Source: Eubacteriales bacterium (GTDB lineage: Bacteria; Bacillota; Clostridia; Oscillospirales; CAG-382). From it: a stretch of 64,000 nt of DNA. Below are positions 8,533 to 17,885 of the stretch, piece after piece. Below the pieces are notes generated by a model that had not been told where the DNA came from, searched no databases, and saw only the letters and a program-made list of their open reading frames with translations. The position numbers and the translations under genes are program-made. The stretch is taken from contig JAZOTA010000004.1 of assembly GCA_045657425.1 (NCBI GenBank), positions 13,908 to 77,907 of the forward strand, written 5' to 3'. The stretch's first letter is position 1; each line of letters starts with the position of its first letter.

Positions 8533-9788
8533 TCGTAATCAACCTTTTTGCGTTTGTATAATTTAATTTTGTTAGCAATATAGAGCGCTAAAATAATGGA
8601 AATAACAACGGCGCAAATAATATATACCGTGTAATTGCTGCTTTCCTCGGTTATAGTGGCACCGAGAGCAGTCCATTTATCAGCCATATACCCTTTTGTT
8701 TCCTCGGGAAGATTTACAAAAGAATCGGTAAATACCTTTTCGGAGGATTCATAAAGAATCTTATATGCATCGGGGTGCAATTCTTCCAAGAAAGCTATGT
8801 AATCCTCATTTTCTACAACGGCTGTATTGGGAGAAGCATAATACATATACTCCGCATTTGCCTGTGCAATCGCAGGATCCATAAGGAAATTAATGTAAAG
8901 CTCAGCCGCTTCTTTGTTCTTGGAATTCTTCAAAATACAAGCGGCATCAATGAACATATTGGTGCCTTCCTTGGGGTAATAGAAAGCAAGGTCTTCATTG
9001 TTTCCGTACATCGTGAAAAAGTCACCCGCATAATAGGGAGCAACGTACGCTTCGCCGCTTTCCATCTTATTGAAGACTTCATCCATAACGTAGCTTTGAA
9101 GAAACTCTTTTTGTTCCGCAAGAAGCTCATACGCTCGATCCCAAACCCCTTTATCGGTGCTGTTGATGTCAAGCTTATCATAAAACTGTGCAGTAGCAAA
9201 AGCATCACGCGAATTATTGAAGTTAAGTATTTTTCCCGTATATGTGTCATCCCACATCAAAGACCAGCTGTCGGGCTCGCCTTTAATTTCTTGAGAATTA
9301 TAAATTATGCCAACCATACCAACGTTATAAGGAACGCTGAATTTGTTTTGGGGGTCATACTTAGTGTTTTTATATTTTTCGTCTATATACTCATAATTGG
9401 GAATGTTGTCAAAATTCAATTCTGCCAACATATCCTCCTCAATAAGACGGCCGATCATATAATCGGAAGGTATGATTACGTCATAATCAACGCCGCCGCC
9501 CGAAAGCTTCGCATAAAGACTTTCATTGGAATCATAATTATCGTAAACAACTTTAATTCCGGTAAGCTTTTCAAACTCCTCGTTAACATCTATCGAGCCA
9601 TCGGAACCGTCGGAAATATAATAACCCCAATTATAAACACTGAGTTCAACACCTTCAAATCTTGAATAATCAATATTCAAAGTGTTTTCGTCATATTCAA
9701 TTTCAATATATTCATACGCTTCGGCGCATCCCGAAAACGATGCTAAAGCAAAAAGCGCAATAAATACAAAGGAAAAAAATCTTTTCAA
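8529..9788 (-). CDS. potD: Spermidine/putrescine ABC transporter substrate-binding lipoprotein with an extra C-terminal TM helix
   Basis: Lipobox ASFSGC. PotD-like body (VYNWGYYI, DVIIPSDYMI, PYNVGMVGIIYN). Located downstream of potABC. C-terminus is YTVYIICAVVISIILALYIANKIKLYKRKK. Confidence 0.75.
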   Translation of the reverse strand: MKRFFSFVFIALFALASFSGCAEAYEYIEIEYDENTLNIDYSRFEGVELSVYNWGYYISDGSDGSIDVNEEFEKLTGIKVVYDNYDSNESLYAKLSGGGVDYDVIIPSDYMIGRLIEEDMLAELNFDNIPNYEYIDEKYKNTKYDPQNKFSVPYNVGMVGIIYNSQEIKGEPDSWSLMWDDTYTGKILNFNNSRDAFATAQFYDKLDINSTDKGVWDRAYELLAEQKEFLQSYVMDEVFNKMESGEAYVAPYYAGDFFTMYGNNEDLAFYYPKEGTNMFIDAACILKNSKNKEAAELYINFLMDPAIAQANAEYMYYASPNTAVVENEDYIAFLEELHPDAYKILYESSEKVFTDSFVNLPEETKGYMADKWTALGATITEESSNYTVYIICAVVISIILALYIANKIKLYKRKKVDYE

Positions 9789-9805
9789 TTCTTAATCCCC
9801 TCAAA

Positions 9806-10609
9806 TTATTTTTGTTTAGTATGGGCATTCTTATCTTTGCCAACAAAATTAATAAGCACAAGCAATACCAAAACCGCAACAATAATAACGGTATTTGCGG
9901 CATACAACGTAGGACGCACACCTTTTTTTACTGCGGAATAGATATAAATCGGGAGAGTTTCAAATCCCGTACCTTTTACGAAATAGCTTATAACAAAGTC
10001 ATCCAAAGATAACGTAAACGCCATAAGCATACCCGAAATTACACCGGGTAATATACACGGAAGCTCAACCTTGAAAAAGGACATCAAAGGAGTACATCCA
10101 AGGTCCATTGCGGCTTCGGGTAAATGCCTATCCATTTGCTTGATCTTGGGCAATATCGAAAGAATAACGTAAGGTAAGCTAAACGTAATATGAGCTATTA
10201 GCATTGTCCAGAAATTAAGCGACGACTGCATGCCGATAAGAGTGCCGGTGAAAACGAACAAAAGCATCATCGAAACACCGGTAACGATATCGGGATTCAT
10301 CATAGGAATATTGGTTACAGAAAGCAGACTTTTTCTTAAATATCTGCTTCGCATACGGCTGATTCCTACAGCGGCGGCGGTACCGAGCACACCCGAGATC
10401 GCGGCAGTTGTAACAGCGAGAATCAAAGTGTTTTTAAATGCATCGATAACCTTAGAGTTGTTAAACGCTTCTTGATAAAATCTGAACGAAAAACCTGTAA
10501 ACTCACTCAAGCTGTTACTTGAGTTAAATGAAAATACGATCATCACGATTACAGGCGCATACAAAAGCAAAAAGATGATAATTGTGTAGATTTTAGACAA
10601 GGTCTTCAA
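9806..10609 (-). CDS. potC: Spermidine/putrescine ABC transporter permease
   Basis: Six-TM BPD-transport permease with EAAMDLGCTPLMSFFKVELP (EAA loop). TTG start overlaps the potB stop (TTGA). Confidence 0.8.
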   Translation of the reverse strand: MKTLSKIYTIIIFLLLYAPVIVMIVFSFNSSNSLSEFTGFSFRFYQEAFNNSKVIDAFKNTLILAVTTAAISGVLGTAAAVGISRMRSRYLRKSLLSVTNIPMMNPDIVTGVSMMLLFVFTGTLIGMQSSLNFWTMLIAHITFSLPYVILSILPKIKQMDRHLPEAAMDLGCTPLMSFFKVELPCILPGVISGMLMAFTLSLDDFVISYFVKGTGFETLPIYIYSAVKKGVRPTLYAANTVIIVAVLVLLVLINFVGKDKNAHTKQK

Positions 10610-11439
10610 AGAATCATACCTCCGTCTTCTTCATCATCGGAAAACTTATTGATAACCGCAATCGAAAGCATAATGATAATCATCAAAATAAACGAAATCG
10701 CACTACCAAAATTCCAATTTTCACTATTCAAAAACGAATCCTCGATAACCTCACCAATAAGACGGTTATCGGTTCCGCCCAATTTTTTAGAAATATAGAA
10801 CGTACTGATTGCAGGAACGAACACCATGGTTATTCCCGAAACGATACCACTCTTGGAAAGCGGCAAAATAACCTTCATAATAACTTGGAATTTGTTACAA
10901 CCAAGGTCTTGTGAAGCCTCGATAACATTCTTATCAAGCTTAGAGATAACGGTATAAATAGGCAACACCATAAAGGGCAAATAGTTATAAACCATACCCA
11001 AAATAACCGCAAACGGAGTATTGATCATATGAATCGGGTCATCCAAAAGACCGAGCGCGGTGTTGATAACGCCCGTATCCTCAATAAGATTACCCAAAGA
11101 GTAGGTTCTGATAACGAGATTAGTCCACATAGGCAACATAATAAGCATAATTGCCAACTTTTGCGTTCTGGGTTTTGATTGCGAAACAAAATATGCCAAA
11201 GGAAATGCAATCAAAAGACAAATCACGGTAGCAAGAAATGCATAAGCAACCGAACGTGAAAATATTGATAAATATTCCTTTTCGGCTAACTTTTCTATGT
11301 TTTGAAACGTGAATGAGCCCGTACCGTCTGTAAACGTGTAGTAAACTACCATAATCAAAGGTATTACGATAAACAGCACCGACCAGACGGTATAGGGTGC
11401 CGCTACGAACCTTTGAAGTAGCGATGAGCGTCTATTCAT
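10606..11439 (-). CDS. potB: Spermidine/putrescine ABC transporter permease
   Basis: BPD-transport permease with [23 protein letters not shown] loop. Overlaps potA by 8 nt. Confidence 0.8.
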   Translation of the reverse strand: MNRRSSLLQRFVAAPYTVWSVLFIVIPLIMVVYYTFTDGTGSFTFQNIEKLAEKEYLSIFSRSVAYAFLATVICLLIAFPLAYFVSQSKPRTQKLAIMLIMLPMWTNLVIRTYSLGNLIEDTGVINTALGLLDDPIHMINTPFAVILGMVYNYLPFMVLPIYTVISKLDKNVIEASQDLGCNKFQVIMKVILPLSKSGIVSGITMVFVPAISTFYISKKLGGTDNRLIGEVIEDSFLNSENWNFGSAISFILMIIIMLSIAVINKFSDDEEDGGMIL

Positions 11440-12595
11440 TTTCTTCCTCTATGTTTTCGGAGAGTTTATCCAATTCATCACTGTACGAGCTATAATCGCC
11501 GAATACACCCGAATATTCGCTTTTCTTCATAATGTGAATTGCATCAGGTTCAATATAAAGGCCAATATTAGCTCCGACAGGTTCATAATCGGTTGTTTGA
11601 ATCATCCACTTAAAGCCATTGATATCAACGATGATTTCAAAATGAACGCCTTTGAAGGTTACACTGGTAACCTCACCGGAAAGCATTCCCTTTTCAACAG
11701 GCACAACGTCAACGTCTTCAGGTCTGATAACAACGTCAACGGGTTCATTCTTTTCAAAGCCCTTATCCAGGCAATCGAAGGTCTTACCCGCAAAAGATGC
11801 CTTAAAGTCTTCGAGCATAACACCGTCAATAATGTTACTTTCGCCAATGAAATCGGCAACAAAAGCGTTTTCAGGCTCGTTATAAATATCAAGCGGAGAA
11901 CCGATTTGCTGAATTTTACCGTTATCCATTACAACGACAACGTCAGACATCGAAAGAGCTTCCTCTTGATCGTGAGTAACGTAAACAAACGTAATGCCAA
12001 GACGTTGCTGAATATTTTTAAGCTCAACCTGCATATCCTTGCGGAGCTTAAGGTCGAGTGCTCCGAGCGGTTCATCCAACAAAAGAACGCGGGGTTTTAC
12101 CGCCAAAGCGCGCGCAATAGAAACTCGTTGCTGCTGACCGCCGCTTAACGAGTTGATATTACGTTTACCGAAACCTTTAAGATTAACGAGTTCAAGCATC
12201 TCATTAACTGTATTTTTAATTTCTGTTTCATCTTTTTTCTGCACGCGAAGACCAAACGCTACGTTCTCAAACACATTAAGATGAGGAAATAGCGCATATT
12301 TTTGGAAAATAGTATTAATCTGACGTTGATAAGGCGGAACGTCATTAATTTTTTCACCTTCAAACAAAACTTCGCCGCTATCCGGCTTTACAAAACCGCC
12401 CAAAATTCTTAACGTGGTGGTTTTGCCGCAACCTGAAGGACCCAAAAGAGTAACAAACTCTTTTTCATTGATATCCAGACTCAAATTGTCAAGTATTTGT
12501 TCATCGTCAAACTTAACAGAAATGTTATTGAGACGCACCAATGCGCCGTGTTCAAGTTCGTTCAATTCTTTTTCTCCGACATATAATATAGTCAT
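11432..12595 (-). CDS. potA: Spermidine/putrescine ABC transporter ATP-binding protein
   Basis: Walker [10 protein letters not shown], signature LSGGQQQRV, Walker [12 protein letters not shown], plus a PotA-type C-terminal regulatory domain. Confidence 0.9.
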   Translation of the reverse strand: MTILYVGEKELNELEHGALVRLNNISVKFDDEQILDNLSLDINEKEFVTLLGPSGCGKTTTLRILGGFVKPDSGEVLFEGEKINDVPPYQRQINTIFQKYALFPHLNVFENVAFGLRVQKKDETEIKNTVNEMLELVNLKGFGKRNINSLSGGQQQRVSIARALAVKPRVLLLDEPLGALDLKLRKDMQVELKNIQQRLGITFVYVTHDQEEALSMSDVVVVMDNGKIQQIGSPLDIYNEPENAFVADFIGESNIIDGVMLEDFKASFAGKTFDCLDKGFEKNEPVDVVIRPEDVDVVPVEKGMLSGEVTSVTFKGVHFEIIVDINGFKWMIQTTDYEPVGANIGLYIEPDAIHIMKKSEYSGVFGDYSSYSDELDKLSENIEEENE

Positions 12596-12694
12596 ATATT
12601 ATTTCCATAATACATATTATTAATAATACAAATTATTTACACTTTTGTCAATACTTTACCATAATATTTCTCTAAATGAAAGAAATCGACAAAC

Positions 12695-13414
12695 ATGAAA
12701 AACGGCTTTAATTTATGCTCACTATTTTTCAAGGGAATGTTAATCGGTTCAGGCGCTGTTATACCGGGTTTAAGCGGCGGTACAATGGCAGTTGTCACCA
12801 ATACTTTTGAAGTTATCGTTGAATCTGTCGCAAATCTATTCAACCATATAAAACGCTCATTATATATACTTGTGCCGATTGCTTTAGGTGCAATTATTTC
12901 AATATTATTTTTGTCTTTACCGCTTAATTATTTTAGTGTTGAATTCCCTTTATTATCAAAGATAACTTTTTTACTAATTTCGTTATTTAGCATATTTTTC
13001 TTTGCGAAAAGCAGCATTGAAATTACGATAAATATTGGAAAAGTATTATCCTTTATCTCGGGAATATTAATTTCATTTTCAATTTCGTATATGACCGAGT
13101 ATATTTGTGTTTTTGACATTGAAAGCAAGCCGATATTTTTGATACTTATCGGCTTTCCGCTTGCAATTGCACTTGTTTTACCGGGAATAAGTTTTTCATA
13201 TATGCTTTTATTCTTTGGTATATATGAAAAGACGTTATCTGCAATACATACTTTGGATTTACATTACCTTATTTTCCTTTTTATAGGCGTTGCGTTAGGA
13301 ACTTTTATGTGTTCAAAATTATTATTAAAGCTCATAGAAACCCATAAACAAGAAACATATTCATTTGTGCTGGGATTTGTAGTTAATTCGATGATAGATA
13401 TGTTGATCAATTAA
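12695..13414 (+). CDS. DUF368-family polytopic membrane protein (family recently linked to undecaprenyl-phosphate recycling)
   Basis: N-terminal signature GMLIGSGAVIPGLSGGTMAV and a multi-TM body. At 239 aa it is somewhat short for the family. Confidence 0.6.
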   Translation: MKNGFNLCSLFFKGMLIGSGAVIPGLSGGTMAVVTNTFEVIVESVANLFNHIKRSLYILVPIALGAIISILFLSLPLNYFSVEFPLLSKITFLLISLFSIFFFAKSSIEITINIGKVLSFISGILISFSISYMTEYICVFDIESKPIFLILIGFPLAIALVLPGISFSYMLLFFGIYEKTLSAIHTLDLHYLIFLFIGVALGTFMCSKLLLKLIETHKQETYSFVLGFVVNSMIDMLIN

Positions 13415-13498
13415 CATTTATTAACAATTAGTTAACAACTTAAGCTCCTAAATATGTTATCATAAATCAATATTTATAATTTCTTTTAGGAGATAAAT

Positions 13499-14548
13499 AT
13501 GATTACGAAAAATTTGGCAAACGCCGTTGAAGATATCGGCTTTACTTATGTAGAGGGAGCTAATTCCGACAAAAGCCACGCTTATGCAGTATACGGCGAC
13601 TATCTTGTAACAGTATATGAAGAATCGGGAAAGAAGGTTGCATATTTCAACTTCCGATTTTCCGACAGTGAAGAAAATGACTTGAAAAAATATGATATGT
13701 CCGAAAGCTTTTCGGCTGATTTGGAAGAATATTCCGTACATGATTACTCCATCGACGAAGACGGTATGAGAGTAGTTTGTAACGGCAATATTCCCGTTTT
13801 TCTCAAGCTTATCGACAGATGTATTTCGCTTCTCAAGGATAACGAAATCAGAGGCATTGAATACTGCTCGAAATGCGGCAATAAATTTGGCTCACGCAAG
13901 CCCAAAAAGGTTACCGACGGCATAGAAAACCACTTAATGTGCGAACATTGCGCTTTGGAAACTGTTGAAGAAGTTGCAAATCGCGTTGTTAACGATGAAG
14001 AAGACGCAAAAAAAGGTTCTACAGGTAAAGCCATTTTGTTTTCTTCCCTTTTCGCTCTTGTCGGCGCATTTCTCTATTTCGTGCTTTATTATTGGCTCTC
14101 CCCTGCTATGAGCGAAAGTGGACTTAACGAAATCCGTTATATCTTCTGCGTTGCCGGCTTCATTACCTCGATGCTTGCATATTTCGGTTACGTTATGTTC
14201 CATAAAAAAGCGTCTGTTTGCGCTTATGTAACTGTAACAGTCAATGCGTTGTTGTTTTCTGCAATCGGCCAATATCTTGGTATTGTGTTTGAATTTATTG
14301 CAAAAGAAGGTTTTTCGCTTTCCGCGTTGTCCAATAAGCATTTTTGGCTCGTTCATCTCCGCAATACCATCCCTGCAGATCTTGCAACAAAGTTTGCCGA
14401 TTCTAATTATTCAGGAGTCTTTTGGAAAATGCTCGTTATCAGTCTTTGCTTTGCTGCAGTCGGATCGGCAATTTTCCTCCTTTCGCTTCGCGACAAAACT
14501 GCAAAGAAGCCCGAAACTGTTGAAATTGAAACTATAACCATTAAATAG
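13499..14548 (+). CDS. Hypothetical protein: cytoplasmic domain, CxxC...CxxC zinc ribbon and an approximately 5-TM C-terminal half
   Basis: 349-aa ORF with AGGAG upstream. CSKCGNKF...CEHCA, then hydrophobic segments from ILFSSLFALVGAFLYFVLYYWL onward. Confidence 0.5.
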   Translation: MITKNLANAVEDIGFTYVEGANSDKSHAYAVYGDYLVTVYEESGKKVAYFNFRFSDSEENDLKKYDMSESFSADLEEYSVHDYSIDEDGMRVVCNGNIPVFLKLIDRCISLLKDNEIRGIEYCSKCGNKFGSRKPKKVTDGIENHLMCEHCALETVEEVANRVVNDEEDAKKGSTGKAILFSSLFALVGAFLYFVLYYWLSPAMSESGLNEIRYIFCVAGFITSMLAYFGYVMFHKKASVCAYVTVTVNALLFSAIGQYLGIVFEFIAKEGFSLSALSNKHFWLVHLRNTIPADLATKFADSNYSGVFWKMLVISLCFAAVGSAIFLLSLRDKTAKKPETVEIETITIK

Positions 14549-14585
14549 TTAAATATACAAATTTCTACAACCTAATAAAGTATTT

Positions 14586-14633
14586 ATGACCTCCGATTTG
14601 GGAACACTTTTAGTGAAACCAAACGGAGGTCAT
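14586..14633 (+). promoter_or_regulatory. RBS-sequestering hairpin directly upstream of sigG
   Basis: atgacctccg(a)tttgg pairs with ccaaacggaggtcat: 10 + 5 bp with one bulge and a 17-nt loop. The GGAGG at 14625-14629 lies entirely in the 3' arm, and the ATG is at 14636. Confidence 0.5.
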
Positions 14634-14635
14634 TT

Positions 14636-15409
14636 ATGTTCAATAAAGTCGAAATATGCGGTGTTAACACCTCAAAGCTGAAGGTGCTTTCAGAAGAAGA
14701 AAAAAGAGAACTGCTTTTTGAAATTAAGTCAGGTAATAAAAAAGCCCGAGAGGAGCTTATAAACGGTAATTTACGATTAGTATTAAGCGTTATACAAAGC
14801 TTTAAGAACCGAAACGAAAACCCCGACGATTTATTTCAGGTCGGTTGCATCGGACTTATAAAAGCAATCGATAATTTCGATCCAACGCTTGAAGTGAAGT
14901 TTTCAACCTATGCTGTGCCAATGATAATCGGCGAATTACGAAGGCACTTACGTGATTATAACGCAGTAAGAGTACCGAGATCGCTGCGCGATATCGCCTA
15001 TCGTGCATTAAAAGCAAAAGAGCTATTATCAACGAAGATGTCCAACGAGCCAACTGTTGAAGACATAGCCAAGGAATTAAACGAAGATACGAAAACCATA
15101 TCAAAGGCGCTCGATGCTATACTTGATCCGATTTCACTTTATGACCCGATTTATAACGATAACGGTGACACACTTTATATTTTCGACCAAATAAAAGACG
15201 ACAACGAAAACGACGAAAGCTGGACCGATAATATAGCCATCAAAAGCGCAATATCGCATTTAGGCGACAGAGAACGTCAAATACTCTTAATGCGCTTTTA
15301 TGCCGGAAAAACTCAAACCGAAATTTCAAAAGAAATCGGCATATCACAAGCACAGGTAAGCAGACTTGAAAAAAGTGCTTTGGACAAAATGAGAAAACAA
15401 ATGAGTTAA
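14636..15409 (+). CDS. sigG: Sporulation sigma factor SigG (forespore, late)
   Basis: NKVEICGVNTSKLKVL...LINGNLRLVLSVIQSF...DDLFQVGCIGLIKAIDNFD...VKFSTYAVPMIIGELRRHLRD...ISQAQVSRLEK closely follows B. subtilis SigG as I recall it, rather than SigF. Confidence 0.85.
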   Translation: MFNKVEICGVNTSKLKVLSEEEKRELLFEIKSGNKKAREELINGNLRLVLSVIQSFKNRNENPDDLFQVGCIGLIKAIDNFDPTLEVKFSTYAVPMIIGELRRHLRDYNAVRVPRSLRDIAYRALKAKELLSTKMSNEPTVEDIAKELNEDTKTISKALDAILDPISLYDPIYNDNGDTLYIFDQIKDDNENDESWTDNIAIKSAISHLGDRERQILLMRFYAGKTQTEISKEIGISQAQVSRLEKSALDKMRKQMS

Positions 15410-15411
15410 AA

Positions 15412-15436
15412 ATGGCTGCGTTAATTACGCAGCCAT
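15412..15436. terminator. Hairpin between convergent sigG and the cupin isomerase gene
   Basis: atggctgcg-ttaatta-cgcagccat. The U-tract is weak. Confidence 0.45.
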
Positions 15437-15441
15437 AGTCA

Positions 15442-16116
15442 TTATTTTGCTTTAGGATACTCGTTGCAGAGCAAATAAATGGGTTCCTCGTCTTCTTCAA
15501 TAGTGGGAAAACGGCCTTGATTTTCATAAAAACGATTATCAACATTATCGTCGTTAACCATAGATACTTCACCGATAAGCACCTTACCAAAGCCCTTTTC
15601 TGCCCAAAAAGCGTGATACTGTCTTTGAGGAAGCGTAATACTTTCACCGGGAGTCAAGCGGATCTTTGTGCCGGCAGGAACGATTTCGGTATGTCCGTCA
15701 ATATAAACGGTAACGTCTGTATCGGCAAGCTGATCGTCTTCTGTTGCGTTATAAACCTCAACAATAAGATTTCCTCCGCAGCGGTTTATAATGTCCTCCA
15801 TCTTATTGTGATGAAAATGCATTGGCGAATATTGGTCTTCGTCAGAAATAAGCAGCTTTTCTGCATAGCTTTTCCAGGGCTTATTTATATTACCGTTACG
15901 AATAGTAAACAAAAACAAGCCGATGTTTCTAAAGTCGCCGTGACCGTAATCGGTAACGTCCCAACCGAGCATATTTTCACGAATTTCATCATATTCGTGA
16001 CCTTTTTCTTGCCATTCTTCGGGTGTGAAATATGCGAACTTGGGAAGCTTAAAGTTCATTTTATCGATAAATTCAATATTTTCAAGCAAAATCTTGTTAA
16101 TTTCAGAACGTTTCAT
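15442..16116 (-). CDS. D-lyxose/D-mannose ketol-isomerase family cupin protein
   Basis: 224 aa. GWDVTDYGHGDF, KLLISDEDQYSPMHFHHNKMEDIINRCGG and the length fit the YdaE-type D-lyxose isomerase family. Confidence 0.65.
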   Translation of the reverse strand: MKRSEINKILLENIEFIDKMNFKLPKFAYFTPEEWQEKGHEYDEIRENMLGWDVTDYGHGDFRNIGLFLFTIRNGNINKPWKSYAEKLLISDEDQYSPMHFHHNKMEDIINRCGGNLIVEVYNATEDDQLADTDVTVYIDGHTEIVPAGTKIRLTPGESITLPQRQYHAFWAEKGFGKVLIGEVSMVNDDNVDNRFYENQGRFPTIEEDEEPIYLLCNEYPKAK

Positions 16117-16258
16117 ATCAAAGCTCCTTATTATTATACCGAAATTATAACAAAGCGAATTACTAATGTCAACAATATAAATTCAAAAATTTTTCTTGAA
16201 AAACATATTCACAAATGCATTTTTTTGTGATAAAATACTGCAAAAGGAGGTTGGAATT

Positions 16259-17296
16259 ATGAAAATGACGTTCAGATGGTACGGTGAAAAGGATTGTATT
16301 CCCCTTTCGTACATAAAACAAATTCACGGCATGACGGGTGTTGTAACCGCTGTATACGACGTTCCTGTCGGTGAAGTTTGGCCCTTGGAATCGCTGCAAA
16401 AGCAAAAAGCTCTGTGCGATGAAGCTGGACTCGAAATGGAAGTTATTGAAAGTATTCCCGTCCATGAGGATATTAAACTCGGACTTCCCACAAGAGACCA
16501 TTATATTGAAGTTTATAAGCAAAACATCATCAATTGCGGCAAAGTGGGTGTAAAGTGTGTTTGTTACAATTTTATGCCCGTATTTGACTGGTTACGCACA
16601 AATCTTTATTTTCAACATAAAGACGGCGCTAACTCTTTATCCTATAGTGAAGACGATTTTGCAAAATTAGACCCCAGAAATCTGCATCTTCCCGGTTGGG
16701 ATGAAAGCTATTCTCCCGAAGAGCTTAACGAGCTTTTAGATAAGTATAAAGACGTTACAAGAGAACAGCTTTTCGACAACCTCGTTTATTTTCTAAACGC
16801 CATTATGCCTGCATGTGATGAGGCCGGCATCAACGTGGCAATTCACCCGGACGATCCGCCTTGGGCAGTTTTTGGGCTCCCGCGTATTATTTCGACCGAA
16901 CAAGACCTCGAAAACCTTTTAAATGCTGTTCCTAACCCCCATAACGGCCTAACCTTCTGTACAGGTTCACTCGGTGCAGGTCGATTCAATGACCTTGTAA
17001 ATATTTCCGCAAAATTTGCAAAACGCATTTATTTTGCACATCTCCGTCAGTTAAAATATATTAACGAAACCGATTTTTACGAAAACGGTCACCAAACTGC
17101 AAGCGGCAATATCGATACTTATGAAATCGTCAAAGCGCTTGTTAAAAACGGCTTCACCGGTTATGTACGTCCCGACCACGGAAGAAACGTTTGGGGCGAA
17201 GATGCAAAACCCGGTTACGGTCTTTTTGATAGAGCAATGGGTGCAACCTATTTAACCGGCTTATTTGAAGCAATCGAAAAAGATAACGAGGTTTAA
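16259..17296 (+). CDS. uxuA: Mannonate dehydratase
   Basis: MKMTFRWYGEKD start after GGAGG, followed by the typical UxuA body. The track start at 16196 is rejected. Confidence 0.9.
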   Translation: MKMTFRWYGEKDCIPLSYIKQIHGMTGVVTAVYDVPVGEVWPLESLQKQKALCDEAGLEMEVIESIPVHEDIKLGLPTRDHYIEVYKQNIINCGKVGVKCVCYNFMPVFDWLRTNLYFQHKDGANSLSYSEDDFAKLDPRNLHLPGWDESYSPEELNELLDKYKDVTREQLFDNLVYFLNAIMPACDEAGINVAIHPDDPPWAVFGLPRIISTEQDLENLLNAVPNPHNGLTFCTGSLGAGRFNDLVNISAKFAKRIYFAHLRQLKYINETDFYENGHQTASGNIDTYEIVKALVKNGFTGYVRPDHGRNVWGEDAKPGYGLFDRAMGATYLTGLFEAIEKDNEV

Positions 17297-17297
17297 A

Positions 17298-17885
17298 ATG
17301 ATCAACGATTTTAAATTTATTCCCGTCGTAGTTATCAATAATATAAACGAAACTGCACACATTTTAGGCGAGCTCTGCAAGGGTGGACTTCCCTGCGCAG
17401 AAATCACCTTCCGTACAGCTTGTGCGGCAGATGCAATCAAGCTCGGCAAAGAGCTTTATCCCGAAATGTGCATTGGTGCAGGCACTGTTATCAATCTTGA
17501 TCAGTGTATCAAGGCGCTCGAAGCAGGCGCGGAATTCATTGTTTCGCCCGGTCTTTCCGAGGAAGTTGCCGTATACTGTGTTAAAAACAACGTTCCTTAC
17601 TTCCCCGGTTGTGTTACCCCTACCGAAATTATGAAAGCCATATCTCTCGGTATTACAACCGTTAAATTTTTCCCTGCAGGTATTTACGGCGGCTTGAAAG
17701 CAATGAAAGCTCTTGCGGCACCGTTTCCGCAAATCAAATTTGTTCCTACCGGCGGTGTTGATATGAACAACATCGAGGAATACCTTGCTTTCGACAAGAT
17801 TCAAGCAATCGGCGGTTCATTTATTATGAAAGGAAACATTGCGGAAAATACCGCAGCGTTAATGGAAAAGATCAATGGCAAATAA
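17298..17885 (+). CDS. eda: 2-dehydro-3-deoxy-phosphogluconate (KDPG) aldolase
   Basis: FIPVVVINN...GGLPCAEITFRT...GAGTV...FVSPG...KFFPA...FVPTGGV, the Eda/KdgA pattern. Start at MINDF (17298). Confidence 0.85.
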   Translation: MINDFKFIPVVVINNINETAHILGELCKGGLPCAEITFRTACAADAIKLGKELYPEMCIGAGTVINLDQCIKALEAGAEFIVSPGLSEEVAVYCVKNNVPYFPGCVTPTEIMKAISLGITTVKFFPAGIYGGLKAMKALAAPFPQIKFVPTGGVDMNNIEEYLAFDKIQAIGGSFIMKGNIAENTAALMEKINGK

